A DNA stretch of 32,995 bases from a virus: positions 1 through 32,995 of IMG/VR virus record IMGVR_UViG_2706796521_000001; one strand, written 5' to 3'. Of this stretch, positions 26,516 to 32,995 are shown piece after piece (within the stretch, counting starts at the first letter, position 1; each line of letters starts with the position of its first letter). The translations under genes were made by a program, and so were the position numbers. The notes below the pieces were generated by a model, which saw nothing but the letters and a program-made list of their open reading frames with translations, searched no databases and had not been told where the DNA came from.

Positions 26516-27586
26516 ATGCAAACAACTATTTTCTATGTTTATCCTCAACACCACGACGTTTCATTCAAATTTGTAGCTCAAGAACATGTGAAAATGCTAA
26601 GAGAGAAATATATAGTTTATGAAATTCCAACATTATCATTTTACCAATTTACACCTTTTAGATATCCAATTTCAATAATTCATCCCTTATTTTACTCTAT
26701 GTGGAGATGGTCAAAAGTCGAATTTTCATTTTTTGAACAATATAGAACTAGAGTTTCCGCACTTCTAGGAGTTGAAGTAGCAGATACTGATAAAATTGCA
26801 AAACAATATATAGATTATGCAAATAATTATACGGATGGAATGATTTTAAATTCTACTTGGTCAATTAATGCATTTAAAAATTCTGGATTAAAAGTTCCTG
26901 TTTATAAAGTTTTCCATAATTTTAAAGATAGACTTTTGGCGAAAGATGAAGAACTACAATTAGATGATCAAGTTCTATATATTGAAAAATTAAAGAAAGA
27001 GAAGAATTTCAAACTAATATTTATTTCATTATGGCATAGTGATTATAGAAAAGGAGCTGATATTTTTCATGTGATAGCTAAGGAACTACAAAAAGAAAGA
27101 AATGATATATATTTCTTGATAAAAAGCGGTCTCCCAAGAACAGATTTTCAAGATTTAAAAATGTTCAATATCTATGGAAATACTTCTTTTGACAATATCG
27201 TTAAAATGTACAGAATTTCAGATTTATATTTGCTAACTAGTAGAGGCGGAAGTTTCGAATTAAATGGTTTAGAAGCTTTTATAAATAAAATTCCAGCTAT
27301 AGCGACAAAAGGTGGAGCTTGGGAAGACTATTATCCTCTTAACTTGAAAGATCTATTAATTGATAGTTGTAAAAATCCACAAATTTTCCCAGATAATCCG
27401 ATACATATTGGAAATGGAGTTCAAATGTGTATAGAAAAAGCAATAGATAAAATTCTAGATGTTCTAAATAATTATGAAGAATATAAGGCTAAAGTTGAAG
27501 AAAATTACAATTTCTGGATAGAAAACTTTAGTTATAATGCAGTTAAAAAACAGCTATTAAATGTTATAGAAAAATATGCTAACTAA
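26516..27586 (+). CDS. GT-B (GT4) glycosyltransferase, 356 aa
   Basis: YRKGADI and TSRGGSFELNGLEA (EX7E) motifs. Confidence 0.9.
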   Translation: MQTTIFYVYPQHHDVSFKFVAQEHVKMLREKYIVYEIPTLSFYQFTPFRYPISIIHPLFYSMWRWSKVEFSFFEQYRTRVSALLGVEVADTDKIAKQYIDYANNYTDGMILNSTWSINAFKNSGLKVPVYKVFHNFKDRLLAKDEELQLDDQVLYIEKLKKEKNFKLIFISLWHSDYRKGADIFHVIAKELQKERNDIYFLIKSGLPRTDFQDLKMFNIYGNTSFDNIVKMYRISDLYLLTSRGGSFELNGLEAFINKIPAIATKGGAWEDYYPLNLKDLLIDSCKNPQIFPDNPIHIGNGVQMCIEKAIDKILDVLNNYEEYKAKVEENYNFWIENFSYNAVKKQLLNVIEKYAN

Positions 27587-27859
27587 TTAACTAGATCTCC
27601 AAAAATCAATTTCAACAATATAAACTTTACTGTCTTTCACATAATAATTAATTATTGAATTAATATTTTTTCTATATTCACAAATATCAGTTCTTATATT
27701 TCTATCATCATATCTATGCAATAAATCGGCATCTTTAACAATCTCTTCAAATTGGTCATATGAAGCTATTACTTCTTTATTAAATCTTAAATTTATTCTT
27801 ATTATTGTCGAATCTTGGAAAAATTTATCAATAATCGATTTTAATTCTTCAAATTCCAT
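27587..27859 (-). CDS. AcrID1-family paralogue (90-93 aa)
   Basis: MEFEELKSIIDKFFQDSTI...INYYVKDSKVYIVEIDFWRSS parallels AcrID1 (YYVKDEKIFVLEMHFWRK). Confidence 0.85.
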   Translation of the reverse strand: MEFEELKSIIDKFFQDSTIIRINLRFNKEVIASYDQFEEIVKDADLLHRYDDRNIRTDICEYRKNINSIINYYVKDSKVYIVEIDFWRSS

Positions 27860-27871
27860 TTTTATCACCTT

Positions 27872-28159
27872 TTATCTTTTTTCACGAAATAGATCAATTT
27901 CTAAGATATTTATAAAACCATCTTCTTTAAAATAATGAATAATAAGCTTAACTACTTTGTTTGATAATTCATAATATACAAATTCATCTGAAGTTATCCA
28001 GGGATCCTTATCTATAAAAGATAGATTTGGTCTCCTTACTAATTCGTTATATTCATTTTCTGTAAGTATTAAAGATCTCTTAAACGCTAAAGTTAACTCA
28101 TCAAGATTTTTTTCTTTGAAGAACATGTCTATAATTCGTTTAACTTTCTTTAAATTCAT
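27872..28159 (-). CDS. AcrID1-family paralogue (95 aa)
   Basis: MNLKKVKRIIDMFFKEKNLDELTLAF...HYFKEDGFINILEIDLFREK. Confidence 0.85.
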   Translation of the reverse strand: MNLKKVKRIIDMFFKEKNLDELTLAFKRSLILTENEYNELVRRPNLSFIDKDPWITSDEFVYYELSNKVVKLIIHYFKEDGFINILEIDLFREKR

Positions 28160-28198
28160 ATCTCATTTCACCTACTTCTATTCCTAGACTGAAAAAAA

Positions 28199-28471
28199 TT
28201 AAACTTCACGCCACATCTTAATTTCTTTTACATAAGCTATATCATCAATCTCTTCATATTTAAATAAGAATTTCGTGAACTCATTTTGTTCAAATTCAAC
28301 TGTAAAAATTGCATTTTTTACAGATGTATTTACGAATTTTTTATCTTTTGTCAACTCATAAAATTCATCACCTGATAATTCAATTGAATCATTAGTTTTA
28401 ATTATGATTTCCTTTATTTCAGCATTTTTTGAAAATATATTAACAAGTTCTTTTAATTCTTTAAATTTCAT
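28199..28471 (-). CDS. AcrID1-family paralogue (90 aa)
   Basis: MKFKELKELVNIFSKNAEIKEIII...YVKEIKMWREV; TATA-GTC promoter 28510..28521. Confidence 0.85.
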   Translation of the reverse strand: MKFKELKELVNIFSKNAEIKEIIIKTNDSIELSGDEFYELTKDKKFVNTSVKNAIFTVEFEQNEFTKFLFKYEEIDDIAYVKEIKMWREV

Positions 28472-28620
28472 TTACCTATTCACCACCTTCAAAAATCTAA
28501 AAGAATTATGACATTTTTAAATCTTTATTTTTTGGAATAAGTAGGATTAATATTTGGAATTTGAGAAAAATTATCGATAGAATTAGGTAATTAGGAGAAA
28601 AGAAAAAATTTAAAAAAAGA

Positions 28621-28923
28621 TTAACTTTCAAATTGACTTTTTAATTTTTCTGCTATGCTAGAATGCATACACAAAAACTTTTTGTTTCTTTTTACTTTTT
28701 TAACTTTTATGAAAAATATGCCTTTCTCTACTAATCTCATTATCCTGAAATAAGCATATGGTTGATATTTTTGTGCATCTTGTTCAAATAAAGTTAGTTT
28801 ACCATTAGAATTGTACATGGAAATACATAGATCTCCAACCTCATCCTTTTGTGCAATTGAAAAAAACTTTTGTAATAACTCTTTTTGTTTTGACCTTAGA
28901 CTTAACTTTATTTGTTCAGTCAT
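28621..28923 (-). CDS. Hypothetical early protein (100 aa, possibly winged helix), candidate anti-defence gene
   Basis: Start at ATG 28923, 43 nt from TATA 28959..28966, SD ggtga. Confidence 0.82.
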   Translation of the reverse strand: MTEQIKLSLRSKQKELLQKFFSIAQKDEVGDLCISMYNSNGKLTLFEQDAQKYQPYAYFRIMRLVEKGIFFIKVKKVKRNKKFLCMHSSIAEKLKSQFES

Positions 28924-29151
28924 TTTTCTTTCACCAATATACATTATGTAAAAACTCATATATAAAGCTTTCTCTCAATTTTTACGTTTATAGCTTTCTA
29001 CTTTTTTATGCTTACAATTTCTGCGGAATTAGTAAAAATATCTAAAAAATGAGAAAAATTATCGATAAAAATAAATAATTATAAGAAAATAAGAAATTAG
29101 AAATACTAGAAATAATATTAAGAACTTGAAAAAAATTATTGATAAAAAAAA

Positions 29152-29601
29152 TTAACTTGATAACAAATATGCTAATAAGACAAGAACATCAGTAGGAACA
29201 TTAACGCCTGTGATATCTTTTATCGCATTTAGTAATGAAGATAATCCTTTTATATCTATTTGGCTTTTGCTTGTATCGACTAATAAATTTCCGCTGATAT
29301 CATCTGCTACATTCAGTAAATCGAAATTGACAACTTCATAATCACTTAGAAATATTGGTGGACTTATAGGAATGAAGGAAAATAGTAAATTCCCCTTTTT
29401 ATCGCTCCATAACTTTAGTATTACTTTTTTTGATAACGGAACATAAAACACATCCTTATTGATTGCTTTCTTGATGATATATTGGTATACGCCGAAATGT
29501 GTCTTTATCACAAGCAATGATAGTCTACTACTATCAAGACTATCGTCATTACTGAAAAAATAATATGCTTTAACTTTTTTTTCGACTTGTGCTTTTTCCA
29601 T
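29152..29601 (-). CDS. Early protein (149 aa) in the type III-B Acr locus; probable AcrIIIB2
   Basis: Early promoter TATA 29635..29642. Lies immediately beside pvap, where SIRV2 has acrIIIB1. The AcrIIIB2 identity comes from recollection and position only. Confidence 0.6.
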   Translation of the reverse strand: MEKAQVEKKVKAYYFFSNDDSLDSSRLSLLVIKTHFGVYQYIIKKAINKDVFYVPLSKKVILKLWSDKKGNLLFSFIPISPPIFLSDYEVVNFDLLNVADDISGNLLVDTSKSQIDIKGLSSLLNAIKDITGVNVPTDVLVLLAYLLSS

Positions 29602-29748
29602 CCTTTTCACCAATACTATATATGTAAAAACTAGTATATAAAGTTTTCTCTAATCTTTTACATCTCTATTTTTCATCTTCAAAACTTGAAAAATATGCAA
29701 AAATAAAATATAAAAAAGACTAAAAAAATAATACCTTAAAAATTAAAA

Positions 29749-30045
29749 TTATTTAGCTTGCGTATTTGGATTTTGATCTTTTGCTTTTTCTCTAGCTAAT
29801 GAATTTACATCTCTTAAAGTATCCATATTCAATAATGCATTTATTCCAGTTACTGTCGTGTCCTTAATTGATTCAATAGCAATAACTGTACTTTTTGACA
29901 TTTGATCAACAGCTTTAGCAAAATTCTCATTTGACTGCTTTTCATTATATAAGTGTACTATTTCTCCAATTACGAAACTACCAATTAACACTCCTGTTAC
30001 TGCAAAAAATCCATATAGTGCTCCTTCTAATAATGTTATCGCCAT
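29749..30045 (-). CDS. pvap: Virus-associated pyramid protein PVAP (P98), virion egress
   Basis: MAITLLEGALYGFFAVTGVLIGSF.IGEIVHLYNEKQSNENFAKA, recognised; N-terminal TM helix. Confidence 0.95.
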   Translation of the reverse strand: MAITLLEGALYGFFAVTGVLIGSFVIGEIVHLYNEKQSNENFAKAVDQMSKSTVIAIESIKDTTVTGINALLNMDTLRDVNSLAREKAKDQNPNTQAK

Positions 30046-30148
30046 TTTTGGTCAAATAATATTATCAAGAACTAAATAATATAGTTTTCTGTAAATTTAA
30101 AAAAATAAAGAATTTTTCAGAAAGATAGATAATGAAATTAGAAAAGAT

Positions 30149-30403
30149 TCACAATTTTTTAGTACGCACTATTTGAATTTCATATAATAAATCTTTTTCA
30201 TTATCTGTTAACTCCATAGTATTAATTCTTATCTCAATATTATCGTTTAAAGGATAAATAAATTGACTAAATGCTAATTCAATTAATTGCCGATAATCTT
30301 CTTCATTAATTTCAAAAGAAATCTTAAATTTTAAACTTAATTCTTGTATATTAGAATCTTCAAAAAACAAATCTATAATTTTTTTAACTTCTTTAAAACT
30401 TAT
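30149..30403 (-). CDS. AcrID1-family paralogue (84 aa) with ATA at the start position (non-canonical start or pseudogene)
   Basis: SFKEVKKIIDLFFEDSNIQELSLKF matches the family. SD context ttggggaaagaaaa is identical to acrID1 but followed by ATA, 43 nt from the TATA. Confidence 0.65.
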   Translation of the reverse strand: MSFKEVKKIIDLFFEDSNIQELSLKFKISFEINEEDYRQLIELAFSQFIYPLNDNIEIRINTMELTDNEKDLLYEIQIVRTKKL

Positions 30404-30583
30404 TTTTCTTTCCCCAATATTTCCATAAAAATATGACAATTTTATATTTTTACATCTTAAATTTTTCTATCTGCAGAATTAGTATCTGGAAAATGAAAAA
30501 AATTCGGCATAGCTTTAGCTAATATTTAGAAAAGAAAAAAACAAACTAAGAATTAAAAAGAAGAAAAAGAAAAAAAGAAAGAC

Positions 30584-30907
30584 TTACTTTTCAAGTTCAA
30601 TTTTAGTCAATTTTAACATATTGTTTCTTTTTTCAAAAAATAATCTTATGTATCTAGTTTCGTGATATATACCAAATACAGTGCCAAAATCATAATCAAA
30701 TCTGAATTCAATCTTATCATTAAAGATATTGATATTATTTGAATTTATCCCGTAATATTCCATAATTTTTTCAACAATTTCTTTAAGCTGTTTTTCGCTA
30801 AATGTCAGTTCTTTTTTCGTTTTTAACACTTTCCTCTGTACGAATTGATCATTTAAAAAATCTCTAACTACTGAAATTATCTTTTGACTTAATTCTTGAC
30901 CATTCAC
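30584..30907 (-). CDS. Hypothetical early protein (107 aa), paralogue of 2521..2862
   Basis: GTG start 43 nt from TATA 30943..30950; similar N-terminal helix and C-terminus. Confidence 0.82.
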   Translation of the reverse strand: MNGQELSQKIISVVRDFLNDQFVQRKVLKTKKELTFSEKQLKEIVEKIMEYYGINSNNINIFNDKIEFRFDYDFGTVFGIYHETRYIRLFFEKRNNMLKLTKIELEK

Positions 30908-31120
30908 CTTTTTCCCCTCATTCTTTCATATGTATCTTCTACTATTTAAATCTTTCTCTATTCTTTTATCTTTCTATCTCTTTATCTTTTCACCGTCTTG
31001 ATTTTTCAACCTCCTGAATTAGTATCTGAAAAATGAAAAAAATAGTCCATAGTCTTAGATAATAAAGAAAAAATTAAAAAATAAAAATAAGAAAAAAATT
31101 AATGAAATAAAAAAAGAAAA

Positions 31121-31411
31121 TTATAGCTTAATCTCTCTCCACATTTGTAACTCCATTACGTAATATTTCTCATCTTTCTTATAGTAGACCAATAACATTT
31201 TAACGTACCTTTTTCCTTCTTCCCAATATTCGTAAATGTCAGTTATTACACCGTAATCTTCTGTACCAGTTACCAAGGTACCTTGACCGATTAACTGTTT
31301 AAATTCTTCTGGACTAACTTCAACATCTTCCCTAAATCTCAGCTGTAACTCGTCTACTGTACTGTCTTCAAATACTTGATTTACGATTTGATTTAAGACT
31401 TCATACTTCAC
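31121..31411 (-). CDS. AcrID1-family paralogue (96 aa), mirror position of acrID1
   Basis: 33/96 identical to AcrID1 without gaps; near-identical upstream cassette. Confidence 0.9.
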   Translation of the reverse strand: MKYEVLNQIVNQVFEDSTVDELQLRFREDVEVSPEEFKQLIGQGTLVTGTEDYGVITDIYEYWEEGKRYVKMLLVYYKKDEKYYVMELQMWREIKL

Positions 31412-31632
31412 TTTTTACTCACCACTTACATATATGTATCTTCTGCTATATAAATCTTTCTCTATCTTTTTACTTCTCTATCTCTTTATTTTTTCACCTC
31501 CTTGATTTTTCAACCTTTACAATTACTATCACAAAACTGAAAAAAACTAAGCATAATCTTAGCTAATTAGGAGAAAAATAAAAATTCTAAAAAGGAGAAT
31601 TAGAACTTACAAATAAAAAAACAAAACTTAAC

Positions 31633-31803
31633 TTACCAACAGTCTTCTAAATATTTCCTGACCTTTTTCTCACTGATTCCTAGTCCGTATGCAATCTCCT
31701 TAACTGTAAACCCTCTTTTGACTAACTCATGAACTATGCTAACTAGGTCATCCTCACTTTCAATATAGTACGTTTCTCCTTCAATTATTACTTCTTTTTT
31801 CAT
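31633..31803 (-). CDS. 56-aa HTH protein (Aca8/gp01-like paralogue)
   Basis: MKKEVIIEGETYYIESEDDLVSIVHELVKRG...; start is 43 nt from TATA 31839..31846. The track's extra N-terminus is translated promoter sequence. Confidence 0.9.
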   Translation of the reverse strand: MKKEVIIEGETYYIESEDDLVSIVHELVKRGFTVKEIAYGLGISEKKVRKYLEDCW

Positions 31804-31859
31804 TTCTCTTTCACTGATATCATATATGTAAAAACTCATATATAAATCTTTCTCTAAAC

Positions 31860-32995
31860 TTTTACGTTTGTATCTCTCGACTTTCAATAAGAAGTTTCCA
31901 ATTTTTATCATCGCTGCATATATAAATTGAAGGTTCCAATTTTTCTATCTCCAATTTTTTAAAAAAGGCCACTTTTTATTCCTAGCATGAAACAAATTGA
32001 TTACGAGCGGTGAAAAAGTCTAAAAGAATCTATTTTGAACTGAAGAATAATTATATAATTAATAACTACTATCTAGCTAATTAGCTAATATATATAATAT
32101 ACTAATTAACTAATTAGCATAATATACAAATATATAAATATTAAGATATTACGATTGTAATAATATTAATATATATAAAAAAATAATAAAAAAAAGAAGG
32201 ATAGTCCTCACTAACATAATTAAATGCCTTCTGCTAGTATTTAAACTTTTCTCTCTAAACTTCCAATTTCCTCCATTGCAAACGCAAAAAATTGAAGCAT
32301 AAATTACTAATTGCAAACTAAAAATTTGGAAATTATATAATATATTATAATATACGAATATGTTTAGTATATTTATAATTTTCAGCCGTAAAAGTTTTGG
32401 TTTCTCCTAATTATTAATTAATAATTTAATAGCTCCTAATATATATATATCTGGAAATGTATAATTATTTGGAATTTAGGAATTTACAATTAAGCAATTT
32501 TATAATATAAATTTCAACAAATGATAGAATATTTGGAATTTTGTAATTTCCAATTTACATAACTAATTGGAATAATTTTCCAAAGTGAACAATTAATTGG
32601 AATTTTGGAATTTTCAATTTTATTAACTTTTTGTAATAAATTTCCAAGGTGTACAATTTATTGGAATTTAGGAACTTAGGAATTTACAATTTAGTTAACT
32701 TATTGGAATATTTTTACAAGGTGTAGAATTAATTGGAATTTAGGAACTTCCAATTTATTAACTTTATTTTGAAAATTACGCAAAATGACAGAATAATTGG
32801 AATTTAGGAATTTAGGAATTTTCAATTTATTAACTTTGGTGCGAAAAAAACGAAAAAAACGAAAAAAATTGGAATTTCCAATTTATCTCATTAGTTGCGA
32901 AATTTACGCAAAAAATGAAAAAAACTCCTAATACCTTCTTAATGTTTTATAATTGTAGAGTAGTAAAAAGGAAATGGGAGTTTTTTTCATTTTTT
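31860..32995. repeat. Right inverted terminal repeat (ITR), 1136 bp, with terminal hairpin 32910..32995
   Basis: Reverse complement of 1..1136. Confidence 0.97.

Noticed and set aside
28851-29045. 64-aa plus-strand ORF
   Set aside because: Antisense shadow of an early promoter cassette, the same artefact as 1430..1684.
31804-31911. N-terminal extension (MIKIGNFLLKVERYKRKS...) of the right HTH ORF
   Set aside because: It is translated promoter and ITR DNA; the TATA lies inside it and the 43-nt rule points to ATG 31803.

Overview
This window is an essentially complete linear dsDNA genome of an archaeal rudivirus (Rudiviridae, Sulfolobus islandicus rod-shaped virus, SIRV1/SIRV2-like). The length and gene content fit my recollection of SIRV3, which I have not verified by search. 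It has exact 1136-bp inverted terminal repeats (1..1136 and 31860..32995), each ending in an imperfectly paired hairpin. The central core encodes the 134-aa major capsid protein, the 1070-aa terminal fibre protein, minor virion proteins, HUH Rep, an SSB/ATPase/Cas4 operon, dUTPase, a Holliday junction resolvase, three glycosyltransferases, a methyltransferase, a GNAT acetyltransferase, a TGT-like enzyme, a permease and the pyramid egress protein PVAP. Both arms are arrays of small genes, mostly each with its own copy of a repeated promoter cassette and a fixed spacing of about 43 nt from TATA box to start codon. These arrays form anti-defence islands containing AcrID1, at least 6 paralogues and a probable type III-B Acr; the ring nuclease AcrIII-1 lies in the core. 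Less obvious observations: (1) flip/flop mismatched hairpin termini; (2) exact mirror-coordinate symmetry extending past the ITR while the ORFs have diverged; (3) several ORFs missed by the track, including a tandem-RHH ORF with no canonical start; (4) ATA/ATC codons at the predicted start position; (5) a palindromic ATACAT-N6-ATGTAT operator family; (6) a central intergenic region carrying a terminal motif; (7) shared modules among minor virion proteins. I found no CRISPR array, tRNA, rRNA, DNA polymerase or transposase.
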